Below are positions 27,563 through 37,948 of a stretch of DNA of 64,000 nt, one piece after another. Origin of the DNA: Oscillospiraceae bacterium (GTDB lineage Bacteria > Bacillota > Clostridia > Oscillospirales > Ruminococcaceae); contig JBJEQP010000038.1 of the NCBI GenBank assembly GCA_051881815.1, forward strand, positions 820 to 64,819. Direction: 5' to 3'. The notes below the pieces were generated by a model. The model did not search any database, was not told the DNA's origin, and worked only from the letters and a program-made list of their open reading frames with translations. Every line of letters begins with the position of its first letter. Within the stretch, counting starts at the first letter, position 1. Position numbers and translations under genes: made by a program.

Positions 27563-27978
27563 TGTAATGGAAACGGTAACGATTGTAACCGTTTTGTAAC
27601 CTTTGGCAAAATGACGTATCTGCGCGGTTTATGGCGGTTTTTATACGTTTTGTAAAAATCGTGGATCATTTTTTGAAAACGTTATTAAGAGAGGTCTTGA
27701 AGCAAATATTTCACTGCTTTGAGCGAAAAAACGGACCTTTGAAAACGATTTTTGCTTGTCATTTTGCATAAAATGTACAAACAAAAGTGAATATAATTGT
27801 TAAAAAGGCAGATTAATTGTTACTATTTTTTTATTACCCTTGAATTTTTCGGGAAAATTCGTATAATTATTATTGGTGTAACTGAATTGTAACTAATTCA
27901 GCCGTAATTCTATTTGAAATTACTTTATCTGATATATAAAAACGACAGCCGGAGCTGTCGGGGAAAGGAGATGTTCCG

Positions 27979-29850
27979 ATGAAAAGCAGAAACGGTGAAA
28001 ACGGCAAGCAGAATAACTGCGTTGACTTCGTGCCGCCGGTTTCTATAAGCGAGAGCAGCAGTAAAAAATCAAAGCTTGAAGGCGCTGTTGTAAATATGGG
28101 AGCGCTTATTGCATATACATTTTCATATGGTGCGTCAAGGACTGCTAATTATATAGCATATATCGCAGGATGTGTAAAAAATGCGATCGGACCTGCACAC
28201 CACAAGGCAGCAAATGCAGTTAAGTCGGCGACAGGAAAGATCGCGGCGACTTTTGCCGATGCCGCAGCAAAGGTAAGAGAAGGATCCAAAGTGTTTGCGG
28301 AAAACGTAAGGACGAACGGCTTCGGCTTTGCGGTCAGAACAATGCTTTCAAATGCCGTTGAAGCTGCAAAGCGCGAGAAGAATTTGTTCAAGAAGATCCT
28401 CAACTATGCGTTCCCTGCCGCTTCGGTCGCATTCCTCTTCACCGTCGTTTACGGCACTGCTTCGACAAGCTACGGTATCGCAGTTGAATGCAACGGAACG
28501 GAGCTCGGCGTTGTTTCCGCAGAGTCGGTTATCACAGACGCACAGCAGTCCATTTCAGACAAGAATGTTTACTATTCCACAGATGATACAGCACTCGTAA
28601 GCACAAACCTTTCGATCAAGCCTATAAACTCTATGGACGAGATCATAGATGAAGTTGAGCTTATCGAAAAGATGCAGGAGCAGATAGATATCACGCTCCC
28701 CGAAGAAGATCAGCAGCCTGCTCCGGCTTCCATTGAGGAAGAAGCAGAGGAAGCTGCAAATGCGCTTACCTCCGATGAGCTTGACGGAAAGGTCAGAGCT
28801 TATACCGTAATGATAAACGGCAGCTACTATGCCGCTGTTGAATCAACCGATCAGATCGAAGAATACATTGAGGATCTGAAGGGACCCTACATGGAAGACC
28901 CCGATGTTGTTTCGGTCGGCTTTGATAAGTCGGTCGAATACACATACGAGCAGTTCGTTTATCCTACCGAGATAGTTTCACAGCAGGATATCATCGACAA
29001 GCTTGGCTCTATCGCTGCAGAACCCGTTTACTATGAGGTTCAGAGCGGTGATAACCCGTGGAACATCGCATCGCACAATGACATCTCACTTGATGAGCTT
29101 CTTGCTTGTCCTGCGGTTTTTGAGGGCGATCCGATACAGGATATCACATCATTCTGTCCCGTGGGTGCTGTAATTGAGCTTTCTGCCGAGGTTCCTTATC
29201 TCCAGACGCTCGTTACAAAGACAGAAACTTACAATGTTCCTATTGATTATGAAATAGTCAAGACCGAGGATGACGACCTTTACAAGGGCGAAACGAAGGT
29301 CGATGTTGCCGGTGTTGAAGGCGAAGCAGAGGTCACAGCGCTTGTTACATATAAAAACGGCATTGCGATCTCAAGAAATGAACAGAGCCGAATCGTTCTT
29401 TCCGAACCTGTTACAAAGCAGGTCAGAGTCGGAACAAGACCTACAAGCACAGCAGTAAGCACAGGCAGCGGCGGCTCGGGCGAATACTTCTGGCCGGTTG
29501 ACGGCGGTTACATCTCCGCTTACAAGGGCGACGGAAGAGGTCATAAGGGCATCGACATCGCAGCTCCTTACGGAACTCCGATCTACGCTGCAGCTTCGGG
29601 TACAGTTACAAGAGCCTCAAATAAATATGACGGCTACGGCAACAGCGTAATGATTGCGAACGATGACGGAAACGTTACAATGTATGCTCACATGAGCAGC
29701 ATCGCAATAAGCTATGGTGAATATGTTGTAAAGGGACAGCTCATCGGATATGTCGGAGCTACCGGATATGCAACAGGTAATCATCTCCACTTTGAGGTTC
29801 GTTCAAACGGTTATTACCTTGATCCTACGGACTATGTTTCACAGTATTGA
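27979..29850 (+). CDS. M23 family metallopeptidase with LysM and G5 domains
   Basis: LysM 'YYEVQSGDNPWNIASHNDISLDELL'. G5-like 'YKGETKVDVAGVEGEAEVTALVTYKNG...VRVGTRP'. M23 'GHKGIDIAAPYGTPIYAAASGTV' and 'GNHLHFEVR'. Confidence 0.8.
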   Translation: MKSRNGENGKQNNCVDFVPPVSISESSSKKSKLEGAVVNMGALIAYTFSYGASRTANYIAYIAGCVKNAIGPAHHKAANAVKSATGKIAATFADAAAKVREGSKVFAENVRTNGFGFAVRTMLSNAVEAAKREKNLFKKILNYAFPAASVAFLFTVVYGTASTSYGIAVECNGTELGVVSAESVITDAQQSISDKNVYYSTDDTALVSTNLSIKPINSMDEIIDEVELIEKMQEQIDITLPEEDQQPAPASIEEEAEEAANALTSDELDGKVRAYTVMINGSYYAAVESTDQIEEYIEDLKGPYMEDPDVVSVGFDKSVEYTYEQFVYPTEIVSQQDIIDKLGSIAAEPVYYEVQSGDNPWNIASHNDISLDELLACPAVFEGDPIQDITSFCPVGAVIELSAEVPYLQTLVTKTETYNVPIDYEIVKTEDDDLYKGETKVDVAGVEGEAEVTALVTYKNGIAISRNEQSRIVLSEPVTKQVRVGTRPTSTAVSTGSGGSGEYFWPVDGGYISAYKGDGRGHKGIDIAAPYGTPIYAAASGTVTRASNKYDGYGNSVMIANDDGNVTMYAHMSSIAISYGEYVVKGQLIGYVGATGYATGNHLHFEVRSNGYYLDPTDYVSQY

Positions 29851-29908
29851 TCTTGTTTAAAGAAAATACAATGCACACAATACCGAAAAGTGTTGTGTGC
29901 ATTTTTTG

Positions 29909-30478
29909 TTATGAATCGTTTTCGGAAACGGCGACTTCATCCGAAACGAGATCGCAGAAGGATGAAATGCTTACAGTTATCCCATCGGAAAATGTGATCA
30001 TGGTCGGGATAAGCGTTTCCTTGTCGAAGGCGATCGTGCAGTCTGCACCGTTGTAGACAGCAGCTTCGCCGTTATCGTAAAGCTCTGCACCGCGCATTGC
30101 CGCACAGGAGTCAAAAGCGTCAAAGATGCGCTTGAACATAGCCGAATCGTTAAGCTTGCCGCTCTCGATATCAAGTGTAAGGCTGCCGAGAGTTACAGTT
30201 GTGCTGCCCTCGTTGTATTTGATGTTCAGTCCTTTGACAGTATCGGGCGAAAGAATATTCATCTCCCAGATCCCCGTGCCGTATCGGGTCAGATCGCCCG
30301 AAACGGTCATTTTGCTGTCACGGTCATCCTCGAATGCCGTTAGCTCAAAATTGCAGGAGAAAGCCTTGTCGAGCTGCGGCTTCTTCGGGATTATGGTGTC
30401 TTTAATAAATTTACAGCCTGTAAATAATACAATAGAAGTTACAATCAGTATTGCAAAACATCTGATGCGTGATGACAT
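29909..30478 (-). CDS. hypothetical lipoprotein
   Basis: Start set at 'MSSRIRCFAILIVTSIVLFTGC' (lipobox LFTGC). Confidence 0.5.
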   Translation of the reverse strand: MSSRIRCFAILIVTSIVLFTGCKFIKDTIIPKKPQLDKAFSCNFELTAFEDDRDSKMTVSGDLTRYGTGIWEMNILSPDTVKGLNIKYNEGSTTVTLGSLTLDIESGKLNDSAMFKRIFDAFDSCAAMRGAELYDNGEAAVYNGADCTIAFDKETLIPTMITFSDGITVSISSFCDLVSDEVAVSENDS

Positions 30479-30632
30479 AAATAAAACCCTCCGTCTTTTA
30501 TTCACTATCGATAAAGCAGTATTTATCGATACCGAGCCGCCAACTTTGGGCATTTCGCAAAGTGACCTGCGAACCGGCAAATGGGGCTCCCTTTGAAACA
30601 GAGGGTTTTGATTGCAGCAGCAAACCTGTATC

Positions 30633-32180
30633 CTATCTGTTCCAAGCCTTGAACACATAGGGGAGAGCTTCTATTACATCGCGCGGCAGCATACCCGTTT
30701 CGGATAGCTTGTCACGGGCGATATCCGCAGCTTTGCCGTGGATGAATACTCCTGCCGCAGCGGCGTCCGACGGTGCAAGTCCCACCGCCGCAAATGCGCC
30801 GATGATACCTGCGAGGACATCGCCGCTTCCGCCCTTGGCAAGACCGGGGTTCCCTGCCCTGCAGATGAAAAGTCTGTCATTTCCGACGATATAGTTCGGA
30901 ACGCCCTTCGCTGCAACGATAACGTCAAATTCACGGGCGATCTTCAGCGCCATTGTGAGTCTGTCGGGGAAATCGCTGTCGAAGGCTGCCGCATAAAGGC
31001 GTTTCAGCTCGCCGAGGTGCGGAGTGAGGATAAGCCTGCCCTTTGTGTTTCTGATAATATCTATGCAGGAACATACGCAGTTTATGCCGTCTGCGTCAAT
31101 AATTACGGGGCAGTCGGTGTTTTCGATAACAGCCTTGACGATCGCTTCGGTATCCTTTGTATGGGACAAGCCGCTGCCGACCGATACAGCTGCTGCGTTT
31201 TTCAGCTCGTTTATAAGCGTATCGGCTGCTTTAGCGGAAACAGAGCCGTCCTTGGCGGTTTCAAGGGGGAGAAAGGTTGCTTCAAAGACGAAAGGGGCAA
31301 GGCGGTTCGTTACTTCGCTTGTAGAGGCTAAAGTAAGACGTCCGACTCCGCTTCGTAGTGCAGCAAGTGTAGACATCTGCGCAGCGCCGCTCATTTTTCC
31401 GCAGCCCGCAACGTTAAAAAGGTGTCCGAATTGGTTTTTATAGCAGTTTTCGGCACGTTTTGGGAAAAGTGACTTTACATATTCTTCGTCAAGCTGCTTC
31501 GCAACATAGGGGACAGACTCAAAGCATTCCTCGGTAAAGCCGATATCCGCAACGGTTATCCTGCCGCAGAGCGAACGAAGCGGTTCGCAGAGCATTCCAG
31601 TTTTTACACAGCCGAAGGTGATAGTGTGGTCGCATTTGAGAACGTCCTCCTCCGCTTCACCTGTAAGGCAGTTTCCGCCCGAGGGAGTATCAAGCGCAAC
31701 GATCGGCTTTTTGCAGCGCTTTGCAAAGCTGAAGCAAGCTTTTATCTCGGGTGGAAGTTCGCCGTGAAAGCCTGTGCCGTAGACGGCGTCAACGATCAGC
31801 GAGCAGGACGAGAACAGCGAGAACACCTTGTCGATGTTGTCATTGAGGTCGAGAACGTCTATGCCGCATTCGCCGAGCTGACAGTATTCATAGCCTGCAA
31901 GCTCGGTCGCAGGGTCGCCGCTCGTGAGGACGACATAGACCGGTGTTCCGATGCTGAAAAGATCACGGGCGAGCACAAAGCCGTCGCCGCCGTTGTTGCC
32001 CTTTCCGCAGAGTATCATAACTCCGCCGCTAAGGTCATATTCCGATGAAAGCTTGCAGACAAGCTCGGCTGCGGCAGCGCCTGCGTTTTCCATAAGCTCA
32101 CGGTAGGAAACGCCGTGTTCGTCCGAATAACGTTCGATATCCTTCATCTGATGCGGTGTTGCATAGTAAATTCCGTTCAT
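30633..32180 (-). CDS. nnr: bifunctional NAD(P)H-hydrate repair enzyme (epimerase/ADP-dependent dehydratase)
   Basis: YjeF_N 'GKGNNGGDGFV' plus C-terminal carbohydrate-kinase 'GGSGDVLAGIIGA'. Confidence 0.85.
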   Translation of the reverse strand: MNGIYYATPHQMKDIERYSDEHGVSYRELMENAGAAAAELVCKLSSEYDLSGGVMILCGKGNNGGDGFVLARDLFSIGTPVYVVLTSGDPATELAGYEYCQLGECGIDVLDLNDNIDKVFSLFSSCSLIVDAVYGTGFHGELPPEIKACFSFAKRCKKPIVALDTPSGGNCLTGEAEEDVLKCDHTITFGCVKTGMLCEPLRSLCGRITVADIGFTEECFESVPYVAKQLDEEYVKSLFPKRAENCYKNQFGHLFNVAGCGKMSGAAQMSTLAALRSGVGRLTLASTSEVTNRLAPFVFEATFLPLETAKDGSVSAKAADTLINELKNAAAVSVGSGLSHTKDTEAIVKAVIENTDCPVIIDADGINCVCSCIDIIRNTKGRLILTPHLGELKRLYAAAFDSDFPDRLTMALKIAREFDVIVAAKGVPNYIVGNDRLFICRAGNPGLAKGGSGDVLAGIIGAFAAVGLAPSDAAAAGVFIHGKAADIARDKLSETGMLPRDVIEALPYVFKAWNR

Positions 32181-32277
32181 TTTGTTTGATCCTTTCGCAA
32201 ATAATTACAAAAATAGCCGCACAGATATTCTGCACGGCATCAAAATAGCGTTTGCTTTGCCGCGGCAATGAACGGCG

Positions 32278-32646
32278 TCAGAATTCTATCAGTACCGTTG
32301 CCATTGCCATGGTCTTTGAATGTGAGCAGGAAACGCTGATCTTCATTTTTGTGGAAACGAGTCTTTTTTTCGCTTCTCCCGACAGGCTTACATAGTATGT
32401 TCCCGAATAATCGGTAAGGACGGAGATCTCCTGGATGCTGCAGCCTCTGAAACGTGCTCCGATTGCCTTTTTCATTGCGATCTTTGCGCAGTACATTTCA
32501 GCCATGGTGTTCGGGGAGAAATTTTTCCCCATGATGAATTTCATTTCCTGCGGAGAATATACTCTTGAAATGAATTTCGGTTTTTTTACAAGCTCTTTCA
32601 TGTGGGGCATATCAGCATGGTAAGCTTCCATTATCATAAAATACAC
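32278..32646 (-). CDS. acpS: holo-ACP synthase-like 4'-phosphopantetheinyl transferase (divergent)
   Basis: Aligns by eye to AcpS ('RVYSPQEM', 'YCAKIAMKKAIG', 'VSCSHSKTMAMATVLIE'). Sits upstream of nnr, as in many Firmicutes. The AKEA acidic residue reads Ile. Confidence 0.55.
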   Translation of the reverse strand: MYFMIMEAYHADMPHMKELVKKPKFISRVYSPQEMKFIMGKNFSPNTMAEMYCAKIAMKKAIGARFRGCSIQEISVLTDYSGTYYVSLSGEAKKRLVSTKMKISVSCSHSKTMAMATVLIEF

Positions 32647-32674
32647 TCCTTATACCGATTTGTGCAAAATCATA

Positions 32675-33199
32675 TCAGCTTCTGTATTTCTTGTCGTATT
32701 CTACCTTGACAGGACGGGGGAGAAACGGGGTTATAGCTTCAATGGTGCGTTCGGTAGGGGTGAAAACAAGTCTTACCTTTCCGAAGGACTCATGTGTGAA
32801 GTCGATATAGTAGTCCTCTGCGTCCTCATCGGCGATACCGCTCGCTTCGACAATGGTTATACCAGATACGGGAGCGGCGTCCGCAAGCTTTCCGAAGGCT
32901 TCAAACTTTGACGGCTTTGCGGTGATAAGGCGCTTTCTCTTGCGCTGTGCGATTATCTTGTCAATGTCGATCTCACCGTTGGTGACGATGTACTCATATT
33001 CGGCGTTAAGTCCCGATATCAGGTAAATTCCGCCGTATATAGCCGCAAAGACGAGCAGCAGCGCCACAACTATTCCGAGCAGGGTAAGATAAAGGCAGAA
33101 CGATGAAACGATCACGATGCCGAGAACGATAAGGATCTTCAAAGCGAGGGTTTTTCCGTTCGCAGGTTTTTTTACAAGCTGTTCAACAAAAACGTCCAT
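32675..33199 (-). CDS. hypothetical membrane protein (2 TM)
   Basis: Two adjacent TM helices, then a soluble domain; no family recognised. Confidence 0.5.
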   Translation of the reverse strand: MDVFVEQLVKKPANGKTLALKILIVLGIVIVSSFCLYLTLLGIVVALLLVFAAIYGGIYLISGLNAEYEYIVTNGEIDIDKIIAQRKRKRLITAKPSKFEAFGKLADAAPVSGITIVEASGIADEDAEDYYIDFTHESFGKVRLVFTPTERTIEAITPFLPRPVKVEYDKKYRS

Positions 33200-33461
33200 A
33201 AAACAAAATGCCCGGAGATTTTCGGGCAGCTCCTTTCCGATAAAAAAACGATGTTATTTCAGCCGATCTATGATATAAACCGACAAAATAACGATCCGAC
33301 TTGATTCTTTTATACATTATAACATAGAAATTATTTATTTTCAAGTAAAAATACTTGCTTTTTTTGAAAATATGTTATATAATAAAAATGCTGACAGCAG
33401 TTTTACGTTTTGTCAGTGATTTTATAAAAAATACATCTGTAAATAAACACGTTTAAAGAGT

Positions 33462-33688
33462 TGTAGGCTTTGCAAAAAGCAGTTCAAAGAGAGAGGGTTT
33501 AAGGCTGGAAGACCCTTAGCTGCTGTAAGGCTGAAATTTCGCTCCGTGAGTGGCAGCGGCGAAGGCGCAAAAAGCGCTTGTAGCCGATGACGTATGCTGC
33601 GTTAAGGCAAGGGGAATGATAGTTCCTTTATAAAAATGGGTGGTTATAAGCAGGCTATGGCTTGTCCCGATGAGGGGCAGGCTTTTTT
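33462..33688 (+). promoter_or_regulatory. T-box leader (Phe specifier UUC) controlling pheST
   Basis: AGAGAG box, specifier loop 'GAAAUUUCG' (UUC at 33538-33540), T-box sequence 'AAAAUGGGUGGUUAU', terminator ggcttgtccc/ggggcaggc plus a U-run. Confidence 0.75.
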
Positions 33689-33754
33689 AGTTGGCGAAAT
33701 TATGAATCAACAGTTCCGCAGGAGAGCGGAACACGGAAAGGAATGGTCAAATTT

Positions 33755-34774
33755 ATGAAAGAGCAGCTTGAAAAGATCAGGAATCTTGCGCATGAGGAGC
33801 TTGACAAGTGCGAAAGCCTTGATGTGCTGGAAACCCTCCGAGTAAAATTCCTCGGCAAAAAAGGCGAGCTTACGGGAATTTTAAAGCAGATGGGCGGACT
33901 TTCCGCAGAGGAGCGTCCTGTTATCGGACAGCTTGCAAACAAGGTTCGTTCCGATATCGAGGAGAACATTTCCGCTCGTATGCAGGCACTCAAAACAGAG
34001 CTTGCGAAGAAGCAGCTTGAAGCTGAAACGCTTGACGTTACAATGCCGGGAACAAAGCAGAAGGTCGGCAAGCTTCATCCTCTCACAGCTACACTCAACG
34101 ATATCAAGGAAGTTTTCCTCGGAATGGGCTTTGAGATCGCAGAAGGTCCCGAGGTCGAAACAGACCACTATTGCTTCGAGGCACTCAATATGCCGAAGCA
34201 TCACCCTGCAAGAGATACGCAGGACACATTCTACATCAACGACAACGTTGTTCTCCGTACACAGACTTCCTCCGTTCAGATAAGAACTATGGAAAACAAG
34301 AAGCCCCCTATCAGGATCATCTCCCCGGGCAGAGTTTACCGCTCCGACACGGTAGACGCAACACATTCGCCGCTTTTCCACCAGATCGAGGGACTTGTTG
34401 TTGACAAGGGCATCACAATGGCTGACCTCAACGGCACGCTTGAACTGCTTATGAAGAGAATTTACGGCGAGGATTGTCAGATCAGACTCCGCCCTCACCA
34501 CTTCCCCTATACAGAGCCTTCTGCAGAAGTTGATATGATGTGCTTCAACTGCCACGGCGCAGGCTGTCCTCTCTGCAAGAACGAGGGTTATATCGAGCTG
34601 CTCGGCGCAGGAATGGTTCACCCGAAGGTACTCGAAGGCTGCGGCATCGACCCCGAGGTTTACAGCGGCTTTGCGTTCGGCATCGGTCTTGAAAGAATCA
34701 CAATGGGTCGCTACAAGATCGGTGATATGAGATTGCTTTATGAGAACGATATGAGATTCTTGGGTCAGTTCTGA
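33755..34774 (+). CDS. pheS: phenylalanine--tRNA ligase alpha subunit
   Basis: Class II motifs '[16 protein letters not shown]' and '[13 protein letters not shown]'. Confidence 0.95.
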   Translation: MKEQLEKIRNLAHEELDKCESLDVLETLRVKFLGKKGELTGILKQMGGLSAEERPVIGQLANKVRSDIEENISARMQALKTELAKKQLEAETLDVTMPGTKQKVGKLHPLTATLNDIKEVFLGMGFEIAEGPEVETDHYCFEALNMPKHHPARDTQDTFYINDNVVLRTQTSSVQIRTMENKKPPIRIISPGRVYRSDTVDATHSPLFHQIEGLVVDKGITMADLNGTLELLMKRIYGEDCQIRLRPHHFPYTEPSAEVDMMCFNCHGAGCPLCKNEGYIELLGAGMVHPKVLEGCGIDPEVYSGFAFGIGLERITMGRYKIGDMRLLYENDMRFLGQF

Positions 34775-34777
34775 TAA

Positions 34778-35389
34778 ATGGAAAACACAGACAAGAATAC
34801 ATTGTTCCTGCGATATAAAAAGCGTTTTCAGCACAAACAGCGCTTATGGAACATTCTCAGTATTGTCTATACATTTTTGCTTATTCCGCTTTTAAAGCTG
34901 CTGGACGGAACCGATTACAGCACATTATGGAGAATAATTTCCGTAGCAACGAGTGCTGCTTTGATAGGGCTCAATATAAAGCAGAGCAGATCGATGAAAA
35001 AACAGCTTGAAGGCTTGTCCGAAAATGCGGCTGACAAAATTGCCGCAGAGCTTGAAAGCTGCAAAAATTTCAGAAGCTTTTATTTCACTTCGGAGTATCT
35101 TTTCTCGGTTGAGGGACTTATTCTTCCCTATTATGAGATCGATGAAGTGAAAACAAACACTTATGTCGCTTCACCCACGGCAACAAACATTGTTTTTAAA
35201 ACAAAAAGCTACGGAAAATGCACAGTTACCGTTGGCTGGGGATATATGAATGAAGATTTTTACAATTGCTTGATGCAAAAATGTCCGTCGGCAGAGATGA
35301 TATTTCGTGTGAATTATCAGAAAGCGGATATGAGCGAGTATTTTAATACAGTCAGGGCGGAAAGCATTATTGTTATCAGAAAAAAATAA
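34778..35389 (+). CDS. hypothetical 2-TM protein inserted between pheS and pheT
   Basis: ATG 3 nt after the pheS stop (stop ends 34774, ATG 34778). Ends 15 nt before pheT. Two TM helices plus a roughly 110-aa C-terminal domain. Confidence 0.55.
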   Translation: MENTDKNTLFLRYKKRFQHKQRLWNILSIVYTFLLIPLLKLLDGTDYSTLWRIISVATSAALIGLNIKQSRSMKKQLEGLSENAADKIAAELESCKNFRSFYFTSEYLFSVEGLILPYYEIDEVKTNTYVASPTATNIVFKTKSYGKCTVTVGWGYMNEDFYNCLMQKCPSAEMIFRVNYQKADMSEYFNTVRAESIIVIRKK

Positions 35390-35404
35390 GGAGGAAAATT
35401 CTAA

Positions 35405-37834
35405 ATGGATCTTTCAATGAAATGGCTCTCCGATTATGTTGATATCGGAGATATGAGTATAAAGGAATTCTGCTCGGGTCTTACAATTAGCGGCTCTAAG
35501 GTTGAGCGTTATGAGACCGAGGGTGAAGAGATAAGCAAGGTTGTTGTCGGAAAGCTTCTTTCCGTCGTTCCGCACGAAAACTCCGACCACCTTGTCGTAT
35601 GTCAGGTCGATGTAGGCACAGCAGGAAACGGCGAGCCTATACAGATCGTTACGGGTGCGCCTAACGTTAAGGCAGGCGATATCGTTCCCGTTGCAATGGA
35701 CGGCTCAACACTTCCCGGCGGCGTTAAGATCAAGAAGGGCAAGCTCCGCGGCGTTGAATCGAACGGTATGCTCTGCTCACTCGGCGAGCTCGGACTTACA
35801 ACTCACGATTTCCCCTACGCTATTGCAGACGGCATCTTCCTTTTACAGCAGGAAGAGGGCTGCCCCGAGCTTAAACTCGGTATGGATATAAAGGAAGCTA
35901 TCGGTCTTGGCGATACAGCTGTTGAATTCGAGATCACTTCCAATCGTCCCGACTGCATGAGCGTTATCGGTCTTGCCCGTGAAACTGCGGCTACGTTCGA
36001 TCTTCCCTTAAAGCTCCACGAACCCGTAATAAAGGGCATCGGCGGCAGCGCAAAGGACAGCTTAAAGAGCGTTATCATCTCCGACAAGGAAAAATGCTCG
36101 ACATATATCGCTGCTGTTGTAAAGAACGTAAAGATCGGAATGTCCCCACGCTGGATGCGTGAGCGTCTTCGTGCAAGCGGCGTTCGTCCTATCAATAATT
36201 TTGTCGATATCACAAACTATGTAATGCTTGAATACGGTCAGCCTATGCACGCTTTCGATATCCGTTACCTTGAAGGCTCGTCGATCGACGTTCGCCGTGC
36301 AAAGAGCGGTGAAAAGATCACAACTCTTGACGGTGTTGAACGTGAGCTTACAGAAAATATGCTCGTTATCGCAGACGCCCGGAAGCCTGTTGCAGTTGCA
36401 GGCGTAATGGGCGGCGAATACAGTGGGATCATGGACGATACAGTCGATGTTGTGTTTGAAGCAGCCTGCTTTGACGGTGCATCCGTGCGTACAACGGCAA
36501 AGGCTCTCGGCATGAGAACAGACGCTTCCTCACGCTTTGAAAAGGGTCTTGACCCGAGAATGGCTGAACCTGCACTCAAACGTGCTCTTGAGCTCGTTGA
36601 AATGCTCGGCTGCGGCGAAGTTGTAACGGAGTATATCAAGGTTTCAAACGGCGTTGACACACAGAAGTCCGCTCCGTTCAGCGCAGAATGGATAAACAAG
36701 TTCCTCGGCACCGATATCCCCGAAAAAAAGATGATAAGCTATCTCAACAAGCTTGATTTCACCGTAAAGGACGGCGTTGCTTACGCTCCCGCATACAGAG
36801 TTGATATCGAGTGCAAGTCGGATATCGCAGAGGAGGTTGCCCGTCTTTACGGCTACAACAACATCCCGAAGACCGTTATCAGAGGTGTTGCACAGGCGCA
36901 GCTCACACCGAAGCAGAAGTTTGAGCGCAAGCTTGCCAACACAATGACAGCTCTCGGCTGCTACGAGATCTCGACTTACTCTTTCGTAAGCCCGAAGTAC
37001 TTCGACAAGATCAATCTTCCTGCCGACAGCACACTCCGCAAGACGGTCACTATCACAAATCCTCTCGGCGAAGATACCTCTGTAATGAGAACAACTATCA
37101 TTCCTTCAATGTGTGAAGTTCTCGCAAGAAACTACAACAACCGAAACGCCGAAGCTTACCTCTTTGAGATCGGCAACGAGTATATCCCCGTTTCGGGCAA
37201 GGAACTCCCCGAAGAGCCTGCAAGACTTGCAGTTGGTATGTACGGAAAGGACGCAGATTTCTTCCTCCTCAAGGGCAAGCTCGAAGCTGTTCTTGATGAA
37301 ATGGGTCTGGGCGAATGTGACTTTGAGGCTTGCACAGATACTGCAGTTTACCCCGAAGCAAGCGCTTTCCACCCCGGCAGATGTGCAGTTGTCAGCAAGA
37401 ACGGCAAGGTTTTCGGTATCCTCGGCGAGCTTGCTCCCGTTGTTCTTGAAAACTACGGTATCGGCGTAAAGGCTTATGCCGCAAAGCTTGAAGTCCCCGA
37501 AATGATGGAAATTGCAGCAGAGGTCGGCGACAAGGTTTATAAGCCGCTGCCGAAGTTCCCTGCAACTACCCGTGATATCGCAGTTGTATGCGAAGATAAG
37601 CTTGCAGTCGCAGTGCTTGAAAAGGCAATCAAGAGCGCAGTAGGAAACATCCTTGAAACGGTAGAGCTTTTCGACGTATACAAGGGCAAGCAGGTAGGCG
37701 AAGGCAAAAAGTCCGTAGCATTTGCCATTTCGATGCGTTCGCACGAAGGCACTCTCACCGATGAGCAGGCAGACGCAGCAATGAAGCGTGTACTCAAAGA
37801 GCTTGCAAAGCTTGGAGCAGAGCTCAGAGCGTAA
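35405..37834 (+). CDS. pheT: phenylalanine--tRNA ligase beta subunit
   Basis: 'MKWLSDYV', tRNA-binding domain 'VVGKLLSVVPHENSDHLVVCQVDVG', B3/4, B5 and C-terminal FDX-ACB domains. Confidence 0.95.
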   Translation: MDLSMKWLSDYVDIGDMSIKEFCSGLTISGSKVERYETEGEEISKVVVGKLLSVVPHENSDHLVVCQVDVGTAGNGEPIQIVTGAPNVKAGDIVPVAMDGSTLPGGVKIKKGKLRGVESNGMLCSLGELGLTTHDFPYAIADGIFLLQQEEGCPELKLGMDIKEAIGLGDTAVEFEITSNRPDCMSVIGLARETAATFDLPLKLHEPVIKGIGGSAKDSLKSVIISDKEKCSTYIAAVVKNVKIGMSPRWMRERLRASGVRPINNFVDITNYVMLEYGQPMHAFDIRYLEGSSIDVRRAKSGEKITTLDGVERELTENMLVIADARKPVAVAGVMGGEYSGIMDDTVDVVFEAACFDGASVRTTAKALGMRTDASSRFEKGLDPRMAEPALKRALELVEMLGCGEVVTEYIKVSNGVDTQKSAPFSAEWINKFLGTDIPEKKMISYLNKLDFTVKDGVAYAPAYRVDIECKSDIAEEVARLYGYNNIPKTVIRGVAQAQLTPKQKFERKLANTMTALGCYEISTYSFVSPKYFDKINLPADSTLRKTVTITNPLGEDTSVMRTTIIPSMCEVLARNYNNRNAEAYLFEIGNEYIPVSGKELPEEPARLAVGMYGKDADFFLLKGKLEAVLDEMGLGECDFEACTDTAVYPEASAFHPGRCAVVSKNGKVFGILGELAPVVLENYGIGVKAYAAKLEVPEMMEIAAEVGDKVYKPLPKFPATTRDIAVVCEDKLAVAVLEKAIKSAVGNILETVELFDVYKGKQVGEGKKSVAFAISMRSHEGTLTDEQADAAMKRVLKELAKLGAELRA

Positions 37835-37837
37835 AAT

Positions 37838-37857
37838 TAATGCGTAATGCGTAATTA
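37838..37857 (+). repeat. TAATGCGTAATGCGTAATTA 20-mer (copy 2)
   Basis: Exact 20-mer, 3 nt after the pheT stop. Confidence 0.9.
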
Positions 37858-37880
37858 TTTTGAAAACCATAGATATAATA

Positions 37881-37926
37881 AAAAGGAACTATTCACGAAA
37901 GCAAAACGTGAATAGTTCTTTTTTTA
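37881..37926. terminator. bidirectional terminator between pheT and the GNAT gene
   Basis: ggaactattcacg / cgtgaatagttc stem flanked by A5 and T7. Confidence 0.8.
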
Positions 37927-37948
37927 AACAAATTATAGCGATTTATTA

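Noticed and set aside
33881-34834. 317-aa minus-strand ORF
   Set aside because: Antisense shadow of pheS; no start context or motifs.
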